DNA of 64,000 nucleotides from Rhodospirillales bacterium (GTDB taxonomy: Bacteria; Pseudomonadota; Alphaproteobacteria; Bin95): the NCBI GenBank assembly GCA_038143065.1, contig JAYQLI010000035.1, forward strand, positions 1,632,894 through 1,696,893, in the 5' to 3' direction. The position numbers and the translations under genes are program-made. Under the pieces are notes generated by a model. That model made no database searches, had not been told where the DNA came from, and was given only the letters and a program-made list of their open reading frames with translations. Within the stretch, counting starts at the first letter, position 1; every line of letters begins with the position of its first letter. This document shows, piece after piece, positions 22,626-34,138 of this stretch.

Positions 22626-24535
22626 TCAACCGTCCGTTTTGCTCAGTGACAGCCAAAATGTATCTGGACGATATGAACCAAAATGCGCCCCTGGATCCCA
22701 GTTGTAATATCCCTCTGCAGGCAAATTTCTAAGACGAGCATTAGCAACGATTGGCTGCAATGCTCCAGAAATCAATCCAATGGTAAACACCTCATCATTG
22801 TACGTTCGGACCATGTCAGACCAGATTTTTTCTTTGCTTCAAAGGATGAAGCCACCCGCCAAGCAAAATAACGCTCAAGTTGCAGTTTAGCCGCTGAAAG
22901 ATCGACCGCCTGCCCCGCTGCTCCTTTGGTTTCTAAGTACTGACCCCACATTGGCCATTGCAGTTGTTGTTGAGATGTTGGAGCTAATTCAGCTGGGCTC
23001 ATTTCCGGACTTGCAAGACCATTTTGCAAGCCTGACCAAATAGCCATTTGGGTTTGTCCAGAAAACACACGATTTCTAAGCACTTCGCGCTGAAGTGGCT
23101 TCGTGTAAACCTTAATGCCTGCACGAAGCCAGGAGTCATGAATAAGCTGAAGCACGTCTGTCTCTTCCGTACTCTCGCCCGCCGTTTCAATGATTATTTC
23201 CGCTTTACGGCCATCAGGAAGAAGTCGGATACCGCCAGGTCCTAATTCAAGGCCAATTTCATCCAAAAGCGCATTTGCTTTTTCAATGTCAAATTCAGCG
23301 TAGGCATACGCCGATTTTTGATCATAAATCGGACTGCCAGGCAGAAGGGAATTATTTTGCGGTAGCCCAAGGCCAAAATAAACCACCTCATTAATTTCTT
23401 CTCTATTAGTAGCGAGAGAAAGTGCGCGCCTAAACCATACATCACGGAATAAATCGCGCCACGCGCGATCCTCGATATTGAGGTTAGGATACAAAGTGAG
23501 TTGAGAGCCCTTACCAGTGCGCCACAGGTGCGTTACGAAGCCATATTTTTCCTCATTTTGTTTTAAGAACGGCGTATCGTTGAAATTAAGATAACGTCCC
23601 TGTAGGTCTACTTCTCCACTTCCAGCCTTTGCTGGTATAAGTTTCCCAGCAACAATATCCATGTGCACTTCATCAATATATGGGAGTTGGAACCCATTAG
23701 TATCCACTCGATGATAGAAAGGGTTTCTCGAGAAAATGTAACGCTCTGCTGGTGGAGCTGTTTGAATGACCCAAGGCTGAAGTGTCGGTAGGTCCGGGTT
23801 ATCATTCTTGTAAGAATTATCTTTTCGATTGTGTAACGAAGCCCAATTCTGTCTGTTCTCCAAAGCCACCATCTCAGCCAGCTTGTCTGCTTCTTGATAC
23901 TTGGGATGGAATTTTTTGAGGTATGCGCTGGGCGCATAAATATAAAGAGGCGATGCTTTAGCTAAGGCAGGAATGAACTCAGGGTTTGGATGTTCCCAAG
24001 CAAAACGAATTTCGGTCTCTGAAATTATTTCTACAGTTGGCAAAGCTCCATCGACCAACATTTGCACTGGCGGACCTGCTGGAAAAAGCTCTTCATTGTT
24101 AGCCATATCCTCCCACCAATAGCGAAAATCCTCAGTGGTGAATGGATCCCCATTTGACCATCTGTGACCTTCCCTTAGGGTAAGAGTGAATATGCGCCCT
24201 TTTTCGACATTGAACTTCTTCAGGATATCAGATCTCAAAACGAGCTTGCTATCATAACCAATTAAGCGGGCATAACCGTAAACCACCATCTGCCTGACTT
24301 CTTTGGCCTTAGCCATCAGAATACGGATTGTGCCGCCTGACATTCCGATTGATGTACCCTCGCCTTCAAAAGTTGCAATCGCGGGATCCAAAGGGATGCG
24401 GTTGGCAATTGGAGGTAAAATTCCTTTGGTTACTGAGGCGGAGAAATAGTCTGCTTCCTTAAGCTCCAACGCATAAGAAAAGGTTGCTGATGCAACAGCA
24501 CAAAAACCAAGTAGAGTGAAAACTAGCAGACGCAT
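22626..24535 (-). CDS. ABC transporter substrate-binding protein, family 5; frameshift near 22830
   Basis: Signal peptide, LPPIANRIP, LREGHRWSNGDPFT, RNPFY, QLPYID, FRRALSLA.NR; C-terminus in ORF 22626-22814. Confidence 0.88.
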
Positions 24536-24540
24536 GGAAG

Positions 24541-26402
24541 TTAAACGCCCTCCAAATCAGTTGCCGCCACACGAACAAAATGTCCTGGCGCATGCTGGTG
24601 CATACGCGCGGGCTGACCAGGGGTTAACCTATACGGCTCCACCCAATTTTGTGGCTCTGAAGCGCGCTCATCCATCAGTTTGGAAAAGTCGAGAGGGCGG
24701 TCCAAGTTTGGTTCAGGTACGGCAGCTAGAAGGCCTTGTGTGTATGGGTGACGAGGGTCAGCAAAAAGATCCTCTTTTCTTGCTATTTCTACAAGACGTC
24801 CGGCACACATTACGGCAATGCGGTCCGCCATATAATCCACGACCGCAAGGTTATGCGAAACAAAAAGATACGTCAGACCTAATTTATCTTGCAGGTCTTT
24901 TAATAAATTTAAGATTTGAGCTTGGACTGATACATCAAGCGCAGAAACGGGCTCATCGCACAGCAAAAGTTCAGGCTTTAATGCTAGGGCACGGGCAATG
25001 CCAATCCTCTGTCGCTGCCCTCCAGAAAAACTATGGGGATAGCGAGAAAGATGCCGGTCATCTAAGCCGACAAGTTGCATAAGCTCACGAGCCATTTCCA
25101 ACTTGTAGGAAGGATCTCCAATGTTATGAATAACTAGTGGCTCAGTTAAAATTTCTCTAACCGTCATGCGCGGATTTAAAGCACTGAATGGGTCTTGAAA
25201 AACGTACTGCATTCTGCGGCGATAGGGAAAAAGATCCTTTGATCTAAGATTAGAGAGATCTATCTGGGTCCCTTCATCACCAAAAAAAACATTGCCCTCA
25301 TCTGGCTTAAGGGCACTCATTATCATCTTCGAAGTCGTTGACTTACCGCAACCAGATTCGCCTACAAGGCCCAAACACTCTCCTCGCCGAATTGCAAAGC
25401 TAACATCATCGACAGCAAGAAACGATTTTTGCTCTGCGCCTAGAGACCGACGTGACTTAAAGCGCTTGGTCAGTCCCTTCACTTCGAGCAATGGTAATTC
25501 ATCTGCTTTACCTAGCTGACCCGGAGTGTCCTCTAAAAGGTGCCCTGTCGCAGGTTTGATCTCACGAATTGGGCGAAGCCGCTCACCTTTTTTCATATCG
25601 AACCGCGGAACAGCGGCAAGCAGTGATTTCAAATAAGGATGTTCTGGACTTTGGAAAATCTCATCAACTGGTCCAGCTTCCATAACCTTGCCGTGATACA
25701 TGACAACGACTTCATCGGCGACATTGGCTACGACACCCAGGTCGTGGGTAATCATCATTACAGCCATACCAAGCTCGCCCTGAAGGTCCTTTATAAGTTT
25801 AAGGATCTGCGCTTGGATTGTGACGTCTAGAGCAGTCGTTGGTTCGTCAGCGATTAATAGGCTGGGTCGGCAAACTAGCGCCATTGCAATCATTGCACGC
25901 TGCCGCAGTCCCCCAGAAAGTTCAAATGGGTAAGCATCAACGGCACCTCTGGCGACGGGAAGCCCACCAAACCAAGCATTTCTTTCGTTAATCTTCTGGC
26001 TTCATTCTTTGATGCTTGGCGATGAAGCCTTAAGGCTTCTGAAATTTGATTCCCAATTGTGTGTACCGGTGAGAGAGAAGTCATCGGCTCTTGAAAGATA
26101 ATAGATATACTGCCGCCCCGGATGCGACGCATATGCTCTGTCTCTTGTCCAAGCGAGGCGATATCAACAGTTTCTTTTCCTGGTTCATGAAACAGGATTG
26201 ACCCATTAGTGATGGAAGCGTTCTTTGGAAGAATACCCATCACCGCCTGCGCTGTAACACTTTTGCCTGAACCAGATTCCCCCACTACAGCTGTTGTCTC
26301 ACCAGATTTTATTCGGAAAGACACATCATCAACCGCCGTAACAACACCGCCAGGGGCTGCAAATTCGATAGCTAAGTTTTTGATTTCTAGAAGCTTAGCC
26401 AT
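24541..26402 (-). CDS. Opp/Dpp-type ABC transporter ATP-binding protein with two fused ATPase domains; frameshift near 25945
   Basis: [29 protein letters not shown]; second domain [25 protein letters not shown]. Confidence 0.9.
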
Positions 26403-26410
26403 GATTTGAA

Positions 26411-26941
26411 TTAAGCCTCATTTTCCAACGCTGGACCAACAGTAAGACCTAATGCTGAAAAATTTTCTATTGTCACGGGTGACATCTGTACTTGACTAGA
26501 TTTTAAAGCTTCCACCACGAAACTAGAGAGCTTATCAAAGTCCTGGATCGTGGAGTCGATGCGCAAAACCCCACCTTCACAATGCAGTTTCATCTGCATC
26601 CAGCCCCCTTTCTCGTCGCCTACTGACAGTCGGCCTTTTTCTCTTCGCGTTGAGAAATACCGCAGATCAACTCTATCGATCCTATGCCAAGGCATTTTTA
26701 TAACTCTGGCACCTACTGAGCCAATCGCTTCATCAGTAACTAAGATAGCAGACTTATGTCTTCGCCAAGTTGAAAAGCCAAAACTTAAAAACATCAAAAC
26801 AATCGCGCCAAGAATAGTTGCGACGTAAGGGTTGCTCCAAGCAACAATCAGGGGAGTACTAAAAATTGCTACCCCCAAAAGGGACTGCATATAATCCTTA
26901 AAGAGCGCCTTGGTTGGGTAATAAAAATAATATTCCGACAC
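26411..26941 (-). CDS. Hypothetical membrane protein (two TM helices plus soluble domain)
   Basis: Open frame exactly filling the operon gap; two hydrophobic segments; GTG start at 26941 inferred. Confidence 0.7.
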   Translation of the reverse strand: MSEYYFYYPTKALFKDYMQSLLGVAIFSTPLIVAWSNPYVATILGAIVLMFLSFGFSTWRRHKSAILVTDEAIGSVGARVIKMPWHRIDRVDLRYFSTRREKGRLSVGDEKGGWMQMKLHCEGGVLRIDSTIQDFDKLSSFVVEALKSSQVQMSPVTIENFSALGLTVGPALENEA

Positions 26942-26948
26942 TGGTTTA

Positions 26949-27713
26949 TTACTCCACAAAGAGTGAGTCAGCATTTTTCCAATGCACACGGTTATCTGCA
27001 CTAAGAAAAGTCAAAACCTCAGAAAGAGCTTTCCAGGCGGTCTCATCCATAGCCAGATGGTGGGACAGAATACCGGTTGTCTCAGACAAATCAGCCTCAC
27101 CAGTCCGACGTGCAGCCAAATGACTGGCTATCTCTGCCGCAACTGTGTGCCCAGCTTTACCTACTTTACCTTCACGCCACGCAATAAGGTCAATATGAGT
27201 ATTGATTTGTTTTACTCCAGTAGCTGCAAAGCTCGAAGACCTTGGCTGGAATCTACTCAATCCGACTATACCACAGTTAAAGAGGCTCTGAACTGCAGGC
27301 GATGATATTCGGTTCCACGGGGGAGCCAAAACTGGCAGTGACTGGCCACCAAAAAGGTCCGCTATAACAGAGCGTCCATTTACTAAATCTCCAATAACAG
27401 TGTCCAAAGATCTTGTTTCTGGGAATTCGGACTTTTTACCTCCATTGTTTTCATGATTCAGATGCGCGTATCCGTGTTGGATAACTGACACGGCGCCTAA
27501 AGGCTCTAAATAGCGGGCAAGACCTGTTGTGGCTGACGCTGGAATCACAGCCAGAGCTAGGGGTATACAAGCCACATTTACCAAAGATAAAAGGCGATCA
27601 AGAGCAGGTGTCTGAATTGTTGCATCATCATCACGAAGCCAAAAGTCTGCTTGACGCCCCATTAGCGCCCATCGTGAAAGTTCAGTGTCTAAATTCTCCC
27701 ACCCAGATGGCAT
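26949..27713 (-). CDS. Polysaccharide deacetylase-like (NodB/CE4-like) protein
   Basis: FWLRDDDA, LAVIP, QHGYAH.NH, K.SEF, PPWNRI, HH motifs. Confidence 0.8.
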   Translation of the reverse strand: MPSGWENLDTELSRWALMGRQADFWLRDDDATIQTPALDRLLSLVNVACIPLALAVIPASATTGLARYLEPLGAVSVIQHGYAHLNHENNGGKKSEFPETRSLDTVIGDLVNGRSVIADLFGGQSLPVLAPPWNRISSPAVQSLFNCGIVGLSRFQPRSSSFAATGVKQINTHIDLIAWREGKVGKAGHTVAAEIASHLAARRTGEADLSETTGILSHHLAMDETAWKALSEVLTFLSADNRVHWKNADSLFVE

Positions 27714-27715
27714 TT

Positions 27716-28855
27716 TTAAGCACCCACCAGTTCTCGCAATATTCGAGCAGTCTCCTGAGCCCCATCAATCCTCACGCCCGCGGCAGAACTTGGAGGATTA
27801 TTAAGGGTTCTATCGATAGCCGCTGCAAGTTTTTCTGGGGAAAGGTCTTCCTCACGCACTAATTGCAACGCTCCTCTTGTTTGTAATGCTTCAGCACGCA
27901 ACGTCTGTTCTGTCTCTAAACCACCGGCGTAAGGAGCAATTACTGCACGCGCCCCAGCCGCCAATGTCTCCATTACTGTGTTATAACCTCCTTGAGAGAT
28001 GGAAAGCCGACATCGCTTAAGAAGGCTTGGAAAATCTTTGCGCGCCCGTTCAACTATCACTCCAGAGCTGGCCTGATGCCGCAGGTCTTCAAAAATTAAA
28101 TCCGAAAGATTATGTCCCACCAGAAACCGCCATCGTTCTCGGGCCACCTGGGTTAAAGCCCTTGCATCCATAGCCGCCCTCAGCAAGGGCTCAGCTACAG
28201 CACCTCCTCCAGCTGAGACCAAAATTTCATCCAAACCATCCTTACCGTTGGCTTCTTCTCGTTCGTCCACCACGTATCCTGTGTAGCGAACTTTGCTAGA
28301 AATCTCGTTCACATGGGGAAATGTGCGTTCAAAGGGAACTAGTTCGGGATCTCCGTGCACTAAGGTTAGATCATACCATGTTTTGATACGCACCAGCATT
28401 TCATCAAGTCGTTCTGGCTTTGCTGGAGCAACTAATATGTCACGAACCGAGGCGACGACCTTGCAGCCATCTCTTTTTGCTTCTTCCAATAGTGGTTCCA
28501 TCTCAAAGCGGAACTGCCGGCGGCCATACGGAAACAACTCTGTTAAAAGTATGTCTGGAGCAAAATCACGATACGTATTGAGAGTTGCCTCTTGTCGCCT
28601 TTTTTTCCAGTTATCATCAATTTGGCAGTCATTTGCATCGTGAAGCACTTTGAAAAAAATATCTATTGCTCGCGCAGATGGAAGTTGGACCAATTTTGCA
28701 TCACCAATATCAATTACAGAGGCTGGTTCACCCCCTGATGCGATAACAACATCCATTCCTGCTGATGTCATTGCCTTTGCTAAAGTTGCAGCCCTAGCTA
28801 AATGTCCAATTCCAAGTAAGTGCTGAACCCAAATAAGAACGCGTGGTCGTATCAC
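27716..28855 (-). CDS. GT-B glycosyltransferase (GT28 C-terminal/COG4671-like)
   Basis: VQHLLGIGHL, ELFPYGRR, SVRDIL, VSAGGG, SQGGYNT, EQTLRA. Confidence 0.88.
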   Translation of the reverse strand: MIRPRVLIWVQHLLGIGHLARAATLAKAMTSAGMDVVIASGGEPASVIDIGDAKLVQLPSARAIDIFFKVLHDANDCQIDDNWKKRRQEATLNTYRDFAPDILLTELFPYGRRQFRFEMEPLLEEAKRDGCKVVASVRDILVAPAKPERLDEMLVRIKTWYDLTLVHGDPELVPFERTFPHVNEISSKVRYTGYVVDEREEANGKDGLDEILVSAGGGAVAEPLLRAAMDARALTQVARERWRFLVGHNLSDLIFEDLRHQASSGVIVERARKDFPSLLKRCRLSISQGGYNTVMETLAAGARAVIAPYAGGLETEQTLRAEALQTRGALQLVREEDLSPEKLAAAIDRTLNNPPSSAAGVRIDGAQETARILRELVGA

Positions 28856-29451
28856 AATTCAGGATCCCAATCTAACGGCACATCAAGCGCCTGCACATTT
28901 AGGTCCCCATTAGGTGAGATCCGAAGTAAATTGTATGTTCCATGAGCTCCCTTTACTGGTGGCTTTCCCATAAAATCCCAACCAGTAGCCAAAGCAACAG
29001 CCGCACGGATTACCCCCGATGTGTCACGGCAACTACCGGCCTACTCTTTCCAGCAAGTTCAGCAAAAAACGGTTTTAGGCGATTTTGAACCATCCGCGGG
29101 CTTTCACCACCAGGCGGCAGAAAAGTCTAAGCCACGGGTTTCATTCTCATGAAAATCAGAACCAAGAGTTTCTGAAAGTTCATTGCGCGTCCGCCCTTCC
29201 CAGTCTCCCCAGTCCATCTCGATGATACGATCATCCTTGGCGACATTTCTACCAGCAAGCACCCTAGCAGTTCTCATTGTTCGACCAAGAGGACTAGAAA
29301 CCCAATCAAATCCTGAAAATGCCTTAGGTGGTGCCCACGTCTGCAGCATCGCCTCACCTTCTTCAGATAAAGGGGTATCTCTGCGTCCTTGCAAGCGGCC
29401 TTCGGCATTCCAAGTGGTAGGAGCATGACGAATAAGGACAAGTAGGGTCAT
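28852..29451 (-). CDS. Histidine phosphatase (phosphoglycerate mutase family); frameshifts near 29105 and 29015
   Basis: LIRHA.T.WN...RLQG..D.PL, SSPL.R..T, EMDWGDWEG; downstream frames give GES and VTH.G; TGA at 28852 overlaps next start. Confidence 0.82.
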
Positions 29452-30584
29452 AGAATTCCAGTCCTGGAAAGTATTGTTTCAAGACGCAAGCTCGCGGCCT
29501 CAAGCGATTGTTTATCTCTAACTCTTATGTGAGCTGCGGAGGAATATGAAGCACGCCGATCATCATCATGAATTAATACATCAATCGCGTTTGCAAAAGC
29601 AGAAGCATCGTTGTTTCTGACTAATGTTCCTGAAAGTCCGTCCTCCACGACAGCTGGCACACCGCCCGTTTCACAGGCCACCACAGGTAAACCACTTGCC
29701 TGAGCTTCCAGCATTGCCATTCCAAACGCTTCACCATGCGCTGGCCACACCATGCAATCCGAAGCTGCATAGAATTTAGCTAAATCCGAATCATCTCTCT
29801 CACCCGCAAAAATTACTCGACCCATAGTCGCTGCTTGAAGGGTTTCTCGGATGACATCACGATTAGGGCCGTCACCAACGACTACAAGACGCCAGTCTCG
29901 GTCTGGCCTCAATTGTCCCAAAGCGTCTGCTAATTTGATGTATGAGATTGTTTTTTCACCATCACGCATCATCCCTACTGCTAATAACCACATTGCGTTG
30001 GCGGGAATGCCCAACTCATTTGATAGGTCTGCCCGGTATGCGTCTCGCTCTATTTCGTATTTGAGATAGGGCTCAATATCCAAAAAGGGTGGAAATAAAA
30101 TTAATTTCCCAGGGTCTTCTACTAATGGCTCGAGACACGGTATGTCATTAGGGTTCAGACAAAGGACAGCTGAAGCTGCAGCCACACAATCAGCAACCCG
30201 CTGATGGGAGATATTCCATGGCCCATCGGCTCGCTTTGGAGCAAAACTTGCTTCAGCAACAATATAAGGAATGCCGAGAGTAGCTGCTGCTTCAGGTCCC
30301 AACCAATCCGCCGCCTTGTAGTACAGGTGATAAGTAAACCAAATATCAGCGCCATTCGATCCAAGCTCACGAACTGCCCGTTGAGCCAACCAGGGACCAA
30401 GGCTTGCCATGCGTGCCTGACGCAATTGATTACCTGCCGCATCACGACTTCTGAAACGGCTCGCTAGCGGAGTTTCAATGTTGATGCGCCTAAAAAGCTG
30501 CTGAAATAAACGTGCGATCCTACGATCGCCAGAAGGTACAGGATGCCCTGGAGGCTTAAGTGGAGCGTAGAAGGCGGCGCGCAT
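29448..30584 (-). CDS. GT4 family glycosyltransferase
   Basis: FYAPLKPP.HPVPSGDRR, TYHLYYKA.DW.G, EAFGMAMLEAQASGLPVV. Confidence 0.9.
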   Translation of the reverse strand: MRAAFYAPLKPPGHPVPSGDRRIARLFQQLFRRINIETPLASRFRSRDAAGNQLRQARMASLGPWLAQRAVRELGSNGADIWFTYHLYYKAADWLGPEAAATLGIPYIVAEASFAPKRADGPWNISHQRVADCVAAASAVLCLNPNDIPCLEPLVEDPGKLILFPPFLDIEPYLKYEIERDAYRADLSNELGIPANAMWLLAVGMMRDGEKTISYIKLADALGQLRPDRDWRLVVVGDGPNRDVIRETLQAATMGRVIFAGERDDSDLAKFYAASDCMVWPAHGEAFGMAMLEAQASGLPVVACETGGVPAVVEDGLSGTLVRNNDASAFANAIDVLIHDDDRRASYSSAAHIRVRDKQSLEAASLRLETILSRTGIL

Positions 30585-30587
30585 TCA

Positions 30588-31847
30588 CTATGTACCATGC
30601 TCTTTTGCCGTACCGATAGATTGCCGAATAAGAGCAGCCACTGCGTCAGCACCAGCACCAGAATCAAACTCATTTCGGATACAAATTTCTGATGCACGTC
30701 CTAGACGAAGCCTTCTATCTGGCTGGGTAATCATTGTTTTTAGTGCGTGAGCTAGACTGGAAGAGTCAGATGGCTCCACTAAAAGGCCTGTTTCACCATC
30801 TCGAATGAATTCTGGAATTGCAGACACATTTGTTGCAACAGAAGATAAACCTTGAGTGGCCGCCTCCATTAATACGTTTGGCAGGCCATCTCTGTCACCG
30901 TCGCCAGCAATCTTTGATGGCAAGACAAATAAATCTGCAGCTCTGTAGGCCTCAATAACTTCTGATTGAGCCATCGCTCCCGACCATTCGATATGACCTG
31001 CTATGCCAAGTGCCTTTGCATCCGACTTTAGTTTAGGCAGTAAAGGGCCTCCTCCTACATGACGCATTCTCCAATGAAGCTCACTAGGTAAAGCTGCCAA
31101 CGCAACCAAAAGATCATCAAGGCCTTTTTTTTCTACGGCTCGGCATACAGTTAGAATTTCGACAGGATGTGTTGGATCAGAACCGTTAGTTAGTGGACGA
31201 GGTGGTGCAGTTGGGAAACGAGACAACTCCAAGCCATGATAAACAAGACTGATCCTGTTAGAACTAGTTCCAGAGTCGACTGCAAGTTGCTTTAGATGCG
31301 CCGCACCGACATTCGTGCATGTAATGGCCCAGTCGCATGCCGAAAGCTTCTCCTGAAGATCCCAATCCGCTGACGTCCATATGTCCTTAGCATGCGCGGA
31401 AACGCTCCAAGGCTTCATAGTGATTGCCGCCGCATAACGCGCAACAGAGGCTGGCGTGTGCAGAAAATGCGCATAAATGAGTGATATGTCAGAGGGCATT
31501 TCTGCAGCTAAAACTAGGGCCTGCCCAAAGCGCCTAACCCGATTGGGAGTAAAATCACGGATTAAATCTTTCAGAAATAATCGCACAGCTTTTCGATAAG
31601 AAGGCAGTCGCCGAACGATCCACCACGCGCGACAGACCCGTCTAACTTCTTGATGCAGATACTCAGGAAGGTAAATTACTTCGGCTTCAATTTCATCATG
31701 GATTGGGTGGCGATATTTATCCGTTGGATGGCGCATAGAAAAAAGCCGAAGCTTAATTCCTCGTTGCTCCAATGCTCTAATTTCCTGGGCAATGAATGTT
31801 TCAGAAAGGCGCGGATAACCTTTCAGCAGGACCGCGATTTCAGCCAT
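30588..31847 (-). CDS. GT4 family glycosyltransferase
   Basis: LKGYPRLSETFI, AHFLHTP, SAHAKDIW, RAVEKKG, DRDGLPNVLMEA; ATG at 31847 preferred over the ORF-track start. Confidence 0.9.
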   Translation of the reverse strand: MAEIAVLLKGYPRLSETFIAQEIRALEQRGIKLRLFSMRHPTDKYRHPIHDEIEAEVIYLPEYLHQEVRRVCRAWWIVRRLPSYRKAVRLFLKDLIRDFTPNRVRRFGQALVLAAEMPSDISLIYAHFLHTPASVARYAAAITMKPWSVSAHAKDIWTSADWDLQEKLSACDWAITCTNVGAAHLKQLAVDSGTSSNRISLVYHGLELSRFPTAPPRPLTNGSDPTHPVEILTVCRAVEKKGLDDLLVALAALPSELHWRMRHVGGGPLLPKLKSDAKALGIAGHIEWSGAMAQSEVIEAYRAADLFVLPSKIAGDGDRDGLPNVLMEAATQGLSSVATNVSAIPEFIRDGETGLLVEPSDSSSLAHALKTMITQPDRRLRLGRASEICIRNEFDSGAGADAVAALIRQSIGTAKEHGT

Positions 31848-31851
31848 TTGC

Positions 31852-33093
31852 TTATTCGCCTGAACCAGCCAGCCGAAGTCTGCTGCTTCGACCTTTATCA
31901 AACGACCTTCCAACGAGACGCTTGACACTTTCAAGTCCATCTAACAGGCCTGGCACAACGCTATCTGATGGGCGTGATTGATGAGAAAGCTGTCGCAGCG
32001 CTGTGGCCATATCTCGTGCATCTCGGGGGCCATCACCATCCAGCATACCAACCAAACCAATCGCTGATGCTCTACTGGCACGGATGTGTTGTTCCGTCCT
32101 TGGACGGGTGCGCGGCATAATTATGGCGCGCTTATCAAAGGAGAGAATTTCGCAGAAGGTATTGTAACCACCCATAGCTACCACACCAGCTGCTTCAGCA
32201 ATAACTGCTTCCATATTCGCATCAAAAGTGATGGCATCAACGGCCTTTAAATTTGAGACACGCTCGCGAAAGTCTCGCTGCCGATCAAGGCTCATAAATG
32301 GCCCAAAAACTATAAGCGCACGAGGACGAAGGCCTGGTTCTCGCTCATAGGCTCGAAGTACCCAATCGACTAAAGCTTCCCCGTCACCGCCACCTCCAGG
32401 TGTCACTAATATGAATGGTTCACTAGCGACAGACGGCTCCTCTAGCGAGGCTGAATAGCTTGACGCCTCTCGCCGCAAATAGCCTGTATAGGTAATTTTC
32501 CGACCAACTGATGCTGGCGTGGCAAGGCCTTCTAAAGGATCGCAGATGTGTGGCAAGCCATAGACCCAAATTTCATCATAAAGGTCCTGCAAAGCAGGCA
32601 TGGCTTTCTTGCGTTCCCACTCTGGAGCCAATTGATCGGGATCATCCATTACGTCGCGCAGACCAAGGACTAAGCGCGTTCCATTGGATTTCAGAAGTTT
32701 CAGTGTTTCTTCTGCCTCACCTCGTAATCCTAGGGGCTCTTTATCAACGATGAAGATGTCAGGATCAAACTCCTCCGCCGTATGCCGGATAATTGACGCG
32801 CGCAGAGCCAATGTATGCTCTGGCGCCAGATCAAGCATATGACTGGTGTAATCGCCATTAGACAGCTTGATCATGCCTGGCACACGAACAAAATCCACAC
32901 GAGGACCAAAATCAAAACTGCCGATAATTGGCGAACCCGATAAAATTAAAACCGATAAATCTTCGTATTGTTCTACCAATGCATTAGCTATAGCCCGACA
33001 GCGCCTGAGATGCCCTAAACCAAAACTATCGTGGCTGTATATTAGAATGCGATGGCCGCCAGCGCGGCGCATGAGCGTCGATTTCGGGCTCAT
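31852..33093 (-). CDS. GT-B glycosyltransferase (COG4671-like)
   Basis: YSHDSFGLGHLRR, VDKEPLGLRGE, GLRDVMD, GGGGDG, MGGYNTFCE, EQHIRA; start 33093 (after GGGGAG) or 33117. Confidence 0.88.
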   Translation of the reverse strand: MSPKSTLMRRAGGHRILIYSHDSFGLGHLRRCRAIANALVEQYEDLSVLILSGSPIIGSFDFGPRVDFVRVPGMIKLSNGDYTSHMLDLAPEHTLALRASIIRHTAEEFDPDIFIVDKEPLGLRGEAEETLKLLKSNGTRLVLGLRDVMDDPDQLAPEWERKKAMPALQDLYDEIWVYGLPHICDPLEGLATPASVGRKITYTGYLRREASSYSASLEEPSVASEPFILVTPGGGGDGEALVDWVLRAYEREPGLRPRALIVFGPFMSLDRQRDFRERVSNLKAVDAITFDANMEAVIAEAAGVVAMGGYNTFCEILSFDKRAIIMPRTRPRTEQHIRASRASAIGLVGMLDGDGPRDARDMATALRQLSHQSRPSDSVVPGLLDGLESVKRLVGRSFDKGRSSRLRLAGSGE

Positions 33094-33298
33094 CTTTTCT
33101 CGACTCCCCGCCGCCAATCCCGGTGTTTACGCAATTCTATGCTTGGTTATGTCGCATAGCGTTATGCTTATCTATCCGCAAAGTACCTTTGTGGGCAAGG
33201 TTACAATTATTCAGGTTGCATTACGCCGTTTCACTGGAATGACCAATGCGCTAGAATGATGAGCCTTCCAATGGAATGACTGCTTGGGAATAGGTGGC

Positions 33299-34135
33299 AT
33301 GAGTACAACTGGCTTGATGGCAGGTAAACGCGGCTTGATCATGGGCGTAGCTAATGATCGCTCACTAGCCTGGGGTATCGCAAAGGCGTGTGTTGATGCA
33401 GGCGCAGAAGTTGCCTTCACCTATCAGGGTGAAGCCCTTGAAAAGCGAGTAAGGCCGCTTGCAGAAGAAGCGGGGGCTAAATTAGTTCTCCCCGCCGATG
33501 TTACGGATAATGCAAGTATGGATGCAGCTTTTCAGGCAATTAAGGACGAGTGGGGAACACTTGATTTTGCAGTTCACGCAATTGCCTTTTCAGACAAAAA
33601 TGAGCTGAAAGGCCGCTATGCCGACACGTCCAGAGAAAATTTCATTCGAAGTATGGATATTTCCTGCTTTTCCTTCACGGACATGTGTCGCCGCGCATCG
33701 GAATTAATGCCCAACGGCGGTTGTTTAGTAACGCTAACGTATCTTGGGGCAGAGCGCGTCATGCCTCACTACAATGTTATGGGGGTAGCTAAGGCCGCTC
33801 TAGAAGCTAGCGTTCGATACCTGGCTGCAGATTTTGGCAGCGTAGGAATACGTGTTAACGCCATTTCAGCCGGTCCAGTAAAAACTCTTGCTGCCTCAGG
33901 AATAGGTGATTTCCGCTATATTCTGAAATGGAATGAGTTAAATGCTCCTATGGAGCGCAATATTACCATAGATGACGTGGGTGGGGCTGGCCTTTACCTT
34001 CTATCAGACCTCGGCTCGGGTGTAACAGGGGAAGTCCATCACGTTGACGGCGGCTATCACTCCGTCGGAATGTTAAACACGCGGAACGCAAGGGGCGTCT
34101 CGGCTCTACTCGCTGACTTCAAAGAAAAAGAATAG
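33299..34135 (+). CDS. fabI: Enoyl-ACP reductase FabI
   Basis: GKRGLIMGVAN..SLAWGIA, YNVMGVAKAALEASVRYLA, NAISAGP.KTLAA. Confidence 0.96.
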   Translation: MSTTGLMAGKRGLIMGVANDRSLAWGIAKACVDAGAEVAFTYQGEALEKRVRPLAEEAGAKLVLPADVTDNASMDAAFQAIKDEWGTLDFAVHAIAFSDKNELKGRYADTSRENFIRSMDISCFSFTDMCRRASELMPNGGCLVTLTYLGAERVMPHYNVMGVAKAALEASVRYLAADFGSVGIRVNAISAGPVKTLAASGIGDFRYILKWNELNAPMERNITIDDVGGAGLYLLSDLGSGVTGEVHHVDGGYHSVGMLNTRNARGVSALLADFKEKE

Positions 34136-34138
34136 TTA

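Noticed and set aside
24516-25082. 188-aa plus-strand ORF
   Set aside because: Antisense shadow of the ABC ATPase with no recognisable motifs
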